Origin: Candidatus Cloacimonadales bacterium
GTDB lineage: Bacteria; Cloacimonadota; Cloacimonadia; Cloacimonadales; JAFGVF01
Direction: 5' to 3'
Length of the DNA stretch: 64,000 nucleotides
Assembly (NCBI GenBank): GCA_963677495.2
Contig: CAXXOU010000001.1
Coordinates: 704,001-768,000, forward strand
Below are positions 8,760-18,940 of this stretch, piece after piece. The first letter of the stretch is position 1; each line of letters opens with the position of its first letter. The notes below the pieces were generated by a model that did no database searches, had not been told where the DNA came from, and saw only the letters and a list, made by a program, of their open reading frames with translations. Made by a program: the position numbers and the translations under genes.

Positions 8760-9650
8760 ATGAGTAAAATTGAGAGTCGAACACTATATTCGGATGGTTT
8801 GCTTCTATTAACCGCTGCAATCTGGGGATTTGCTTTTGTAGCTCAGAAAGTAGGAATGGAGAGCTGTGAGCCCTTCATGTTTAACGCAATCAGGTTTGCA
8901 TTAGGTGCTTTAGTTCTCATTCCTTTCCGCAAGAAGAAAATCAACTACCACACCCACTCGAAAGAGCTTAAATACTCAATCTTTACCGGATTAGCACTGT
9001 TTACTGCCGCCTCTCTTCAACAAATAGGAGTGAAGTTCACATCTGCAGGAAATGCAGGATTTATTACCGGGCTATATGTAGTATTTGTTCCTATAATCGG
9101 CATCTTCATAAAACAGAAAACTGGTTTAAGCGTATGGATAAGTTGTTTGTTCGCAATTTTAGGTATGTATTTTGTGAGTGTTTCCGGAAGTTTAAGTTTG
9201 ATGAAGGGTGACCTGTTCGTGCTTGCAAGTGCGGTTATTTGGGCTATTCACGTACAGCTTGTAGGCAAGATTGGTAGCAAACTTGGGGCAATACGTTTAG
9301 CAATGATTCAGTTCACTATCTGTTCGTTGTTAAGCTTCCTTACAGCAATGTTGTTCGAGACCAATAGCTTATCAGGTATATATCAGGCTACAGTTCCCAT
9401 TCTATATGGGGGATTGTTATCTGTAGGGATAGCTTATACATTGCAAATTGTAGCCCAAAAATCAGCTCCACCAAGCCATGCCGCTATCCTTCTTAGTATG
9501 GAATCAATGTTTGCAGTGCTGGGGGGAGTAGTAGTATTAAAAGAGAGTTTAACACTAAGATCAGGTATTGGTTTCAGCTTAATGCTAATCGCGATGTTCT
9601 TAGTACAAATAAAGCAATTTTTCGGATCAAACAAAACAAAGGAGAGATGA
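8760..9650 (+). CDS. DMT/EamA family transporter
   Basis: AAIWGFAFVAQK, AGNAGFITGLYVVFVP, AYTLQIVAQK, LSMESMFA; about 10 TM. Confidence 0.9.
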   Translation: MSKIESRTLYSDGLLLLTAAIWGFAFVAQKVGMESCEPFMFNAIRFALGALVLIPFRKKKINYHTHSKELKYSIFTGLALFTAASLQQIGVKFTSAGNAGFITGLYVVFVPIIGIFIKQKTGLSVWISCLFAILGMYFVSVSGSLSLMKGDLFVLASAVIWAIHVQLVGKIGSKLGAIRLAMIQFTICSLLSFLTAMLFETNSLSGIYQATVPILYGGLLSVGIAYTLQIVAQKSAPPSHAAILLSMESMFAVLGGVVVLKESLTLRSGIGFSLMLIAMFLVQIKQFFGSNKTKER

Positions 9651-12600
9651 ATGAAACGGATCACATTACTTTTAGTAATTTCATTCATGTTACTTAATCT
9701 GTTTTCCACGCCAACAGGCGTAACAGCCACAATTCCTGATGACGGACAGGGATTTTGGTCTGGCAACAGAGCGGTAGAGGGACGACCTGAGCTTAATATT
9801 ACCAGCTCAGAGACAACAAGTATTAATCATGAAAGATGGCAGGAAGTCAGTAGAATCGAGTTTGATGAGTACTTAGAACCCGGTACATATCTCGGTATTG
9901 AATACAACCCATGGAACTTCCAATTCACAAAAGTATCTAATCAATCCGGTTTAAACAGTGTAGCAGAAAGTGCAATTGCACGAGCTCCGGAATGGTTGAA
10001 ATCTCAACTAAGATATACACTTTCCCAATTGAGTAACTCCAGACAAACTGTCTGGGGGAATACTATCTTAGATGCTGTTACTCCATACATTGATGAAGTA
10101 TGCTATGCAGTTGCATGGTCATCACCGGGATATCTTACAAGACAAGATATATATCCTGAGCTAATGCATGAGAATGCACGCTTGATGTATGATATAGCTG
10201 ATGAGTTGCAGTTTGTTTCTATTGTTGATCAAGGTAATGAAGCGTCCGGAGATTGGTATTCAACTACTCAGTACCGCAAAATGGATGAGTTTGGTATCGA
10301 AAGATGGGTTACAGTTGATAGAGATACATATTATATGTATGTTGTGCATCCCAAGATTACTGATGAAATCCCAAACTATATAGATCCTGACCACTCAGAG
10401 TCTAATTCAAGTCATGCTAATAACTTTGCCGAGCCACCGGTTGGACGTTTCTGGAGAGAATATCTTTATTATCATAATGATGATGGCTACCCTAAACTAA
10501 GAGACATGCTTGCAAACTGTCAGTATGTGATGGGTTCTCCGGTTTCTGAAGAGAATGCTATTATGCAAATAAACAGTTGGGTCTCTCAATCAATGGTTTT
10601 TACTTCAGAAGCTGAAAGACCACATCAACCGGTTAGAATCTATGACAAGCATATTGGTAGATGTGGAGAGCATCAGGATTTACGGGGTGCATGTGGAAGA
10701 ATAGCACTTATTCCGACTAAGGGAATCAATTGTATCTCAGGTGACCATGTATGGAATGAGTTCTGGGATGAGAGATGGATTCATTGGGATGGAGGAGGAA
10801 ACTCTTTAGATAATCCACTGCTATATGAGAACGGATGGGGAAGGCATTACGGTTCAATATTTGAACAACGCTCAGATGGTAAATTCATCCCTGTATCAGA
10901 CAAATACTCTGATGGATATGCAACTCTGAATATCTGGGCTATTGATGCTGAAAATAACCCAATAGACGGTGCAAGTGTATATTTAAGAGTTGAAGTTGAT
11001 GGTGATCCATACTTTGATAATGTAGGGGTTACTGATGATACAGGTCTTTGTACATTTATCGTTGGTGAAGATAGGAAGTATTATGCCAGAGTGAATAGTG
11101 TAATTCAAAATATGCCATCCTCCGGATACGACCTGCTTGTTGATAATGCAGCTAATAATGCTGTTTACGACTTTACCTTCCAGGCAACTCAAACGATGAT
11201 GGTTCCTGATGTTTCTTATACTCCGGTTCCAGATAGTACAGGCACACAATACAAGATAGAAACTCATTTCTTCTCAAACAGGTCACTTATTATTGGAAAC
11301 TCAGTATTTGATGATGCAAGTGGGGGTTTACACTACCAAGCTGATTATTCTAATGGAGGAGCTGATCTGTATATGACAGACAGTATTAACTTTGCTGCCG
11401 CTACTTCAGGCTTGCCTTTTGCAGCTTTTCATAGTTATCACGATATGGAAGATATATGGGTCCAATTCTTTACAAATACTGATGACTTCTGGTATTCCTT
11501 CTTCATGAATGGGCATAATGTAGTTAATCCTAAGCATGTCCAAGGTAGTTTTGTAATCTATACAACTGACCCAGAATATCAGACAGGAACAATGGATATC
11601 ACAGTGCTAAATGAAAATGAAGAGCCAATCCCCGGTGCTACAATTGTATTGGAACCTAATGATATTTCTTTTGAAGCAACAGAAAGCAATATATCAATAG
11701 ATGTTGCACAAGGTACCTATGATGTATATTGCTATCCGGGAGAGGATAATCCTAATTATCTACCTACAGCCTTTACCGGTGTTTATGTTTCTGCTGGAGA
11801 AATAGAAGTTCTAGAGTTTGTATTAGAAGAAAACGCGAATCCTGTAAGTAGATTAACTGCCGTGGATGAAGGTCAACAAGTTCATTTATCTTGGGAAGGA
11901 TGTTTCAATTCAACCCGTGACCTTGAATCAATCAGTCTTTTCAGGGGTGAAGTGAACTCCGAGCTTACAATAAATGATGGAAATCTTTATCTTGTTGCTG
12001 AAATGGAGCAAGGAGATTCCTATATCGATACTGATTGGAGTCAGCTTCCAAGCAATGTCTATAGATGGATGATTGTAGCAAACTATACAGGTGGAGAGCA
12101 CTCGATACCTGTTTATTCAAACATCATTGAAAAAGATATGACTGTTGCTGTTGACTTCAATATTACTACAAATACAGATATAATTCCTGATGGTGCAATT
12201 ATCACTCTTACAAATTATGATGATGTAAGTAGTCATCAATATGAAGGGATATATGAGAATCAAAGCTGTATTTTACCAAATGTATGGTTGGGAGAATACT
12301 ATCTGACTGTTACCTTCGCTGACTTTGAGTTTTATGATGATGATTTGCTAATTACAGCAGACGAGACTATAGATGTTGAATTGATTCAAAACTTAACAGT
12401 TCCAGGCAATTGTAGTGTTTCGGAAGGAGTTCTAAGTTGGTATCCATGCAACTTTGCTACAGCTTATAAAGTCTATCTTGATGGCACTCTACAAACTGAA
12501 ACAACAGAAATAGATTACACATTCGCAGGACTATCAGCAGATGTTAACTACTTAGCTGGGGTTAAAGCTGTATATGAGACAGGTGAGTCAGAGCTTTATG

Positions 12601-14900
12601 AAATAGGATTTGTTAATGGTAGCTCAGTAGGCTTTGGTAAAATAGCTAACTTCAGCTTTAATGGTGATTCAGTTGAATCAATCAACAATATCAATATTAA
12701 TGAGTATGGAACAATAGAGTACTCTGATGATGCAGTATCCGGACAATCAGTTGTGCTTGATGGTTTCAGTAGTTACTTGGAGTCAGATAACTCACCAATT
12801 CTTAACAGTGCTGCAACACATTATACTGTTAAGATTTGGGTTAAACCTCGAATTCCAGTAACTAACTGGACTGGTATTGTTGGTAAACCGGGTAGAAATT
12901 ATAACATCTGGACTCATCCTAATGGCTATATACACCATAGATTCCACACTGATACAGGTACAAATAATGGAATAGGAAACACAAACGATGGTGTTATGAA
13001 TTGGGGAGAATGGAATCATATTGTTATTACTAATGACGGTACAGTTGGTAAGACCTATGTCAATGGTGTGTTAGAGCAATCAGGTACATTCTCAGGTGAT
13101 TTAATTGAAGATGACACTCCGCTCATCTTTGGTCGTCATCTTGATGGCAACAGTATGAATTGCATGCTGGATGGAAAACTTGATGAATGTGTTATTTGGG
13201 ATAGAGCTCTTTCTGAGAGTGAAGTAGCTATGGTTTACCTTGAAGAGATGATTCCTGAAGGTACTATAACCGGTAGTATCACTGATGCAAATAATACTCC
13301 TATAGAAGGTGCAATAATTAGTGTTGGCTACAGAGAAGTAGTAAGTAGCTCAAATGGTGGATACTTAATCGCAGTTCAGCCTGCTGATTATGAAATGCAT
13401 GTAACTGCATCCGGATATAGCGAGTATGTACAGAATATTTCTGTTACTGCTAATGATGCACAGAGTATAAATATTTCCCTTACTGAAGCCTTGGAAACGC
13501 CGATGGGTTTAGCTGTGTTCGATAATGAGCTATCATGGTGTCCTGTTGGACTCGATAACGATAGAGATTTTACAGAGTATAAAGTTTATCTGGAAGGCTC
13601 TGAAGTAGCAACCACACAAGATACGAGCTACACTTTCACGAACTTAAACCCGGACCAAACCTACATGGCTTCTGTTGAAGCTTCGTTTGATACAGGTATA
13701 TCACAACAAGCGGAAATTGGTTTTAAAGATGGATCATCACTTAGTTATATGAACACTTTAAACCTGCCTCTAGATGGAGATTATTCAGAAGAGCACGGTA
13801 ATACTCCAACCTCAGTTAATGGTGACCTGACTTTTGTAGCTGATGAAGCTTTTGATAACTATCTTGAATTTGATGGTGTTGGTGACTACCTTGAGCTCTT
13901 AACTACAGACTTGTTAGGATTCTACCAATCAAGTTTCACAGCCAGTGCTTGGGTAAAATTAGCAAGTGACGATACAAATGATAAAGCAATCTTTGGTACT
14001 AATTTCTCCGGAGCAACTAATGGCGGTCTACATTTGATGGTTAGAACTGGACGAGTTAGTATGCGATTCTATGGAAATGACACAAACCAGAATCATGTGC
14101 TTATGCCTGGAGTTTGGTATCATGTTACATATAGATATGATATTGATGCTCAGAAACAAGAGATGTTTGTGAACGGTGAGCTCATAAAGAGCGGAGAAAA
14201 CAAGACTCCTTTCGATAATGCCGGTACCCCTGTATTCATAGGGCAAGCAGATGGTTCTCGCTTCTTCGAAGGTGGCATGAAACATATAAATATCTGGAAC
14301 AGAGCTTTGAGTAGTGCCGAACTCCTGAATAGTTATAACTCAACTGCTCCTGATTATGGATATATCTCAGGTGTTGTAACTTATGCCGGTGATGGAGAGC
14401 CAATGGCTGGTGTTACTGTGACAGTAAATGACGTTCAAGCAACTACAGATGCTGAAGGTTATTATATGATTCCCGTTACAGAGGGGACTTGGGATGTGTC
14501 GTTCAAGCCGGGACTACATACAGAGTTCATCGTAGAAAACGTTATTGTTACTGTCGGTGAAACGTCCCAAGTTGATTACAGTTATGATTTCACTGGTAAT
14601 AATGATGCGGAGCAACTGTCAATTGTAACAGCGTTAAATGCTGTATATCCAAATCCATTTAACCCAACAACGACAATCAGCTTCTCATTAAAGTCTACGG
14701 ACAATGTAAAACTTACTGTGTATGATATCAAAGGTAGGAAAGTAGTTGATTTGGTTGATGCTACTTTAGGAGCCGGTGGTCACACTGTAAGTTGGAATGG
14801 AGAAGATAATAACGGAAAGAGTACTGCATCAGGTATTTATTTAATTAAGATGTCTACAAATAGTTATGAGTCTACACGCAAAGCAGTGTTGATGAAATAA
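9651..14900 (+). CDS. Large T9SS-tailed protein: transglutaminase-like core, carboxypeptidase-regulatory-like/Ig repeats, two LamG-like domains
   Basis: Signal peptide; GRCGE/DHVWNE/WIHWD; two LamG-like regions (IWDRALS, IWNRALS); YPNPFNPTTTISF...KAVLMK tail. Confidence 0.85.
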   Translation: MKRITLLLVISFMLLNLFSTPTGVTATIPDDGQGFWSGNRAVEGRPELNITSSETTSINHERWQEVSRIEFDEYLEPGTYLGIEYNPWNFQFTKVSNQSGLNSVAESAIARAPEWLKSQLRYTLSQLSNSRQTVWGNTILDAVTPYIDEVCYAVAWSSPGYLTRQDIYPELMHENARLMYDIADELQFVSIVDQGNEASGDWYSTTQYRKMDEFGIERWVTVDRDTYYMYVVHPKITDEIPNYIDPDHSESNSSHANNFAEPPVGRFWREYLYYHNDDGYPKLRDMLANCQYVMGSPVSEENAIMQINSWVSQSMVFTSEAERPHQPVRIYDKHIGRCGEHQDLRGACGRIALIPTKGINCISGDHVWNEFWDERWIHWDGGGNSLDNPLLYENGWGRHYGSIFEQRSDGKFIPVSDKYSDGYATLNIWAIDAENNPIDGASVYLRVEVDGDPYFDNVGVTDDTGLCTFIVGEDRKYYARVNSVIQNMPSSGYDLLVDNAANNAVYDFTFQATQTMMVPDVSYTPVPDSTGTQYKIETHFFSNRSLIIGNSVFDDASGGLHYQADYSNGGADLYMTDSINFAAATSGLPFAAFHSYHDMEDIWVQFFTNTDDFWYSFFMNGHNVVNPKHVQGSFVIYTTDPEYQTGTMDITVLNENEEPIPGATIVLEPNDISFEATESNISIDVAQGTYDVYCYPGEDNPNYLPTAFTGVYVSAGEIEVLEFVLEENANPVSRLTAVDEGQQVHLSWEGCFNSTRDLESISLFRGEVNSELTINDGNLYLVAEMEQGDSYIDTDWSQLPSNVYRWMIVANYTGGEHSIPVYSNIIEKDMTVAVDFNITTNTDIIPDGAIITLTNYDDVSSHQYEGIYENQSCILPNVWLGEYYLTVTFADFEFYDDDLLITADETIDVELIQNLTVPGNCSVSEGVLSWYPCNFATAYKVYLDGTLQTETTEIDYTFAGLSADVNYLAGVKAVYETGESELYEIGFVNGSSVGFGKIANFSFNGDSVESINNININEYGTIEYSDDAVSGQSVVLDGFSSYLESDNSPILNSAATHYTVKIWVKPRIPVTNWTGIVGKPGRNYNIWTHPNGYIHHRFHTDTGTNNGIGNTNDGVMNWGEWNHIVITNDGTVGKTYVNGVLEQSGTFSGDLIEDDTPLIFGRHLDGNSMNCMLDGKLDECVIWDRALSESEVAMVYLEEMIPEGTITGSITDANNTPIEGAIISVGYREVVSSSNGGYLIAVQPADYEMHVTASGYSEYVQNISVTANDAQSINISLTEALETPMGLAVFDNELSWCPVGLDNDRDFTEYKVYLEGSEVATTQDTSYTFTNLNPDQTYMASVEASFDTGISQQAEIGFKDGSSLSYMNTLNLPLDGDYSEEHGNTPTSVNGDLTFVADEAFDNYLEFDGVGDYLELLTTDLLGFYQSSFTASAWVKLASDDTNDKAIFGTNFSGATNGGLHLMVRTGRVSMRFYGNDTNQNHVLMPGVWYHVTYRYDIDAQKQEMFVNGELIKSGENKTPFDNAGTPVFIGQADGSRFFEGGMKHINIWNRALSSAELLNSYNSTAPDYGYISGVVTYAGDGEPMAGVTVTVNDVQATTDAEGYYMIPVTEGTWDVSFKPGLHTEFIVENVIVTVGETSQVDYSYDFTGNNDAEQLSIVTALNAVYPNPFNPTTTISFSLKSTDNVKLTVYDIKGRKVVDLVDATLGAGGHTVSWNGEDNNGKSTASGIYLIKMSTNSYESTRKAVLMK

Positions 14901-14920
14901 ACATAAAGTATAAAAGTATA

Positions 14921-14950
14921 AGGGAGTTTGCTTTATGCAAACTCCTTTAA
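14921..14950 (+). terminator. Intrinsic terminator hairpin
   Basis: GGAGTTTGC-tttat-GCAAACTCC followed by T-rich tract just after the stop codon. Confidence 0.7.
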
Positions 14951-15021
14951 TTTATGAATGCTAATTGGTATTAATTACTTAAGCCCATTAGTAAACATAA
15001 TCAAGTCCGAAGAAGTAATCT

Positions 15022-15950
15022 ACCTTTAGAATGGTCGCAGACCTTCTAAATGGTGCTTTTGTTAATTCCCATTTCAACCTGTCTGGACGTTTTTTTAGAA
15101 TAAGCTTCAATGATTCAAACCACGAAAGGCACAAAACACACGAAAAGAGATTGCATTTGCAAATCCGAGTACCATGCTTGTTATCCCGATCGAGTGAGGA
15201 TACGAACCGACGACTGTAAGGAGGTGCTCGCTTACCGAAGGTGAGCAACTTCCGAGTAGAGGGAACTCTCCGATAACTTTAGTCTCCCAGCAAAAGAAGA
15301 GCTTATTCTTGAAGAACTCCTTTTAGGGATATAATCTAATAAAGCAAGCACTACAGCATTTCATTGCTCTATCTTAATAAATGATGCAGAAGACTCCATT
15401 TCTGCCCTATTTCTGACAACTCACTTGTCTTCCACCCCAAGGGAGCCCCAAGAGACTCCCTGGATTCGGTCAATTTTCTCTGCTTTATTATGATAGAGCA
15501 ATGAGAGGATAATAATGCTTATATTATTATCTTCTTCTTGAGCATTTCTGTTCAGCTTTTCTGTTTTATGGACTTAGTGTACAGGAGTGGACATAATGTT
15601 TGATTGCTCTCTCACATTAGTTATCATTCTTGTATCTTTTCGTCAACTGAAGCCAATCTGATTCCCATTCGCTGTAACGTGTTTCTAACGGGGAGCTAAC
15701 GGGAAGCTAACGGGTGTCTAATTGGAATTGTGGCAGGTTCATTCTCGTGTCATGCTAACGCTGTGACGCAAGTCCGAAAGCTTTAGCTGTCACCATAGCG
15801 ACTAAATGGGAGTTGGGTGAATAGCGGAAATGTGGCTTCAACTACATTGAGCTACGCAATTCCCCGAACTCCCGTAGGTCGTACAGGTGACCGCTTCACA
15901 AAAATCAACTACTCCGAGTTGCACTCAAGGTCTGCGACCATTAAGAAGGT
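15022..15950. repeat. Composite intergenic repeat island bounded by an inverted pair of ACCTT..AATGGTCGCAGACCTT
   Basis: 15022-15045 matches the reverse complement of 15927-15950; internal modules are shared with 28340-28371, 31556-31590, 31810-32118 and 55020-55350. Confidence 0.8.
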
Positions 15951-15980
15951 GCAGATAATCCTGTCATTTGATGAAGTTGT

Positions 15981-17045
15981 TTAGTCTATCTCAATAAGTT
16001 TATACTCTTTTGATCCTAGACCGATTTCATGCCCATAATCAACCTGATGGTTACCTGATGTATGTGAATGCTTAGCAAACGCATCGCTGAGCTTAGTTTG
16101 CTCATTTACAAGGTCAAGACAGGCTTTATCGATAGCTACCATATCCAATGAAGAAAGAACACCAATATCATCTGTGAAAGCAGGAGGTGCTGAACCAATA
16201 CAATCGCAATGTGCTGATATGTTGTTTAAGAAGTTAATATATACCATATTCGTGTTTTGTGAAATAGCATGAGCATATTCAGTTACACGTTCCTGGAATA
16301 CATTTGTATCAGTTGAGCCCCATGGCACACCGAACACCTGTTCAGGGCAGATTCCTATACAAGCAGCACAACCAATACATTTTGACTCATCTATTTTTAC
16401 AGGTTCTATTGTAATCGCTTTACCAGGGCAGTTATCAACACATAGCCCACATTGAATGCAACGAGAATCACTATATTGAGGAATAGCAGATGCATGCATT
16501 GCCATCTTGCCGGGAATACTACCAAGTCCCATGCCAACATTCTTAATTGCTCCTCCAAAACCTTGAGCAACATGTCCTTTGAAGTGAGAAATAACAATAA
16601 TTGTATCATAACTAAGCAGTTCTTTACCGGTACTAACTTGTTTAAAATGCTTTCCATCATATTCAAGTAGTGCTTCTCCCCCATCATCAACAATATCAAT
16701 AGGCGCAAAATCGAATCCATGCTCTTTCGCAAGTGTTATATGTGAATCAGTGTAACGTCGAGGACTCACATAAAGAACATTAGTCTCAATTAGAGTTGCT
16801 TCTAACTCTGTTACAAGCTCTTTGATTAGACTTGGTTGAATGTAATTCTTATTACCTTTTTCACCAAAGTGGATCTTGATTGCTACTTTACCTTGAACTT
16901 TCGAACTTACTTTCTCATATACTGCTTTTAAACCCTGTGGGCTTATATCTCTTGTTAAATATACCATTTTCTCTCCGTTACTCCTTGATTTTGCACACAG
17001 AACCACTAGTAGTAATAACACAACTATCGTTATGAACATCTTCAT
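15981..17045 (-). CDS. DUF362 family protein with 2x[4Fe-4S] domain and N-terminal signal/anchor
   Basis: VAIKIHFGEKGN, ISHFKGH..GFGGAIKNVGMG, CIQCGLCVDNCP, CIGCAACIGICP, CDC, DMVAIDKAC. Confidence 0.9.
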   Translation of the reverse strand: MKMFITIVVLLLLVVLCAKSRSNGEKMVYLTRDISPQGLKAVYEKVSSKVQGKVAIKIHFGEKGNKNYIQPSLIKELVTELEATLIETNVLYVSPRRYTDSHITLAKEHGFDFAPIDIVDDGGEALLEYDGKHFKQVSTGKELLSYDTIIVISHFKGHVAQGFGGAIKNVGMGLGSIPGKMAMHASAIPQYSDSRCIQCGLCVDNCPGKAITIEPVKIDESKCIGCAACIGICPEQVFGVPWGSTDTNVFQERVTEYAHAISQNTNMVYINFLNNISAHCDCIGSAPPAFTDDIGVLSSLDMVAIDKACLDLVNEQTKLSDAFAKHSHTSGNHQVDYGHEIGLGSKEYKLIEID

Positions 17046-18343
17046 TAGTACTCCAAAACTTTAACAGGATTCTTAGTTTTTATCGATAAAACGATACCTT
17101 CTTCTTTAGAACTGAACTGCTTATCATCCTCTTTAAAATGAATGTTAATATCCTTTGGTTTGTTGATTATAACGAAGCCGTTTTCCGCAATTACTTCAAG
17201 TTTTAAACTCTTCATATTCTCAGATAAGGTAAGATCTACGTTTCCTTCGTCAATTTTGATAGAATAGAGGCATTCCTCTGCTAAAGGTAACACTAACTCA
17301 CCTTCTTGTCGTAATTCGCTAAAAAAGCCCTTTTTTGTTTGATACCAATCATGCTTCTGAAGCCCCTGGTTCCAAGAGGAATCGTATTTGTTGATTAATT
17401 TACTACCGGGGAATCCGAAACCATGAGCACTCATTTTATAAAGAAAGTTTTCAGCGAACTCGATTTTAACATCAGCATTTAGTAATGATATATCAAACGA
17501 TGAGGAAAACTTGCTATCGAACTCTTTAAATCTATCATAGCGTTTGACTCTTGTATATGGTGTGGCAGTAAGTACCAAAGCGATGAGAACAATGCTTATT
17601 ACTACAGTAAGAGCAACTACTGTCTTCGATTTCTTCAAACGCTGAACGCAAACTTTCTCTGTATACAAGCTCTTGTCTAATCCCATAAGATAGTATAAAA
17701 GGTATGAAACCCAATACACTATCATAGCTGCCCATAGGACATCACTAGTAAAATGCCCACCTTGAATAATACGAGCCATACCAATTGCTAAACCATAAAT
17801 CCAGGCAAAGAGTAAGATCCCGTAAAACTTCAACTTCTTGCGTCTAAACAAAAGAGCAGGAGCAAAGAAAAAGAATCCCATAGTAGCATGTCCGCATGGG
17901 AATGAGTTTCCCCCACTCATCTTATCATAATCACACACACGCTCGAACTTACTATGCCCCCCAAACTCGACTACTTCTCTTGGACGTGGTCTACCCCAAT
18001 GCTGTTTTAGTACACTATTAACAATAATTCCCGGTCCAAGTAGCATAACTAGCACTAAGAAACCCGCCATCTTCTGATACTTAGCAGTTTTTTCTTTGAA
18101 GAAGCTTTTAGCTAATACAATCAATGCTCCTAAGACAACTATTAGTGCAGGAATATTGCCGTAATGGTATAGCTGTTTCCATGGAAAGGAATTCTTAAGG
18201 AACCATCCGTCAGACGGGTGCCAGAACTTTGACTGGATAGCAAGATCCCATTTATTGCTTCTAAACAATATTGTTATTCCAATTAACAGAAGAATTGGAA
18301 TAATCAAGTCTGTAGCCATTTCTATGTAATTTCGTTTTTTCAT
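17045..18343 (-). CDS. PAP2 family membrane phosphatase with C-terminal extracytoplasmic extension
   Basis: KQHWGRPRP, SFPCGH, RIIQGGHFTSD catalytic motifs. Confidence 0.88.
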   Translation of the reverse strand: MKKRNYIEMATDLIIPILLLIGITILFRSNKWDLAIQSKFWHPSDGWFLKNSFPWKQLYHYGNIPALIVVLGALIVLAKSFFKEKTAKYQKMAGFLVLVMLLGPGIIVNSVLKQHWGRPRPREVVEFGGHSKFERVCDYDKMSGGNSFPCGHATMGFFFFAPALLFRRKKLKFYGILLFAWIYGLAIGMARIIQGGHFTSDVLWAAMIVYWVSYLLYYLMGLDKSLYTEKVCVQRLKKSKTVVALTVVISIVLIALVLTATPYTRVKRYDRFKEFDSKFSSSFDISLLNADVKIEFAENFLYKMSAHGFGFPGSKLINKYDSSWNQGLQKHDWYQTKKGFFSELRQEGELVLPLAEECLYSIKIDEGNVDLTLSENMKSLKLEVIAENGFVIINKPKDINIHFKEDDKQFSSKEEGIVLSIKTKNPVKVLEY

Positions 18344-18387
18344 ATCACTCCCAAAAATACAACTATGGAAGTTTCAAAAGATGTAAA

Positions 18388-18513
18388 GGAAAAAAGGAAA
18401 GTCCCAGTCAGGGGGGGCTGGGACTTCAAGGAGGTATCCGTTATTGAAGGGGATGATAATTAAGATAGAAGGAGGTAGGAAACTACCTTAATTATCTTGC
18501 AAACTGCAATCGA
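18388..18513 (-). ncRNA. Candidate sigma54-dependent small RNA with CCUCC loops and intrinsic terminator
   Basis: Downstream of a -24/-12 promoter; 14-bp stem with loop UUUCCUACCUCCUU; second CCUCC; AGUCCCAG/CUGGGACU hairpin then U tract. Ends are estimates. Confidence 0.55.
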
Positions 18514-18523
18514 ACTATAATAA

Positions 18524-18540
18524 TGCAACCCGTGTTCCAA
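18524..18540 (-). promoter_or_regulatory. Sigma54 (-24/-12) promoter
   Basis: Minus strand TTGGAACACGGGTTGCA has GG-N10-GC spacing and is close to the TGGCACG-N4-TTGC consensus. Confidence 0.65.
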
Positions 18541-18883
18541 ATGGTAATAAATTCAAATATTTTTTCTTAGATAATTCATAACATGTTGCTATATATGATG
18601 ATAAATAATTAATTATTTTTATTCTGTATATACTCTTATTTATACTCAATACTTTCAAATTAAGATTTCGTTAATGAAGGTGTCAGTATTTTATGCTTTT
18701 CCCATTATTAACAAGGTTTACTAAGCACTATTACATCAGGCTAAACAATAGTGGCACATTATTATATGGCTATGTTGAGATATGCATCACGATTGGATTT
18801 CACGATTTTGTACACACACATTACAGGTTGTATACAAATGTATACAATGGATACACTATTTTGAATCCAATGTTATATTCAAT

Positions 18884-18914
18884 AAAAAAAGCGAAGATTC
18901 TCACCTTCGCTTTT
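18884..18914 (-). terminator. Intrinsic terminator after the glyS operon
   Basis: AAAAAAAGCGAAG-N8-CTTCGCTTTT. Confidence 0.8.
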
Positions 18915-18940
18915 GAAATAAATTTCGATCTTCTATCTAA

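Noticed and set aside
15178..15272. GC-rich structured block resembling a riboswitch or ncRNA
   Set aside because: Lies between convergent gene ends inside a repeat island and matches no family I can identify; more likely another palindromic repeat
18752..18768. TGGCAC on the plus strand as a second sigma54 promoter
   Set aside because: No TTGC at the -12 position
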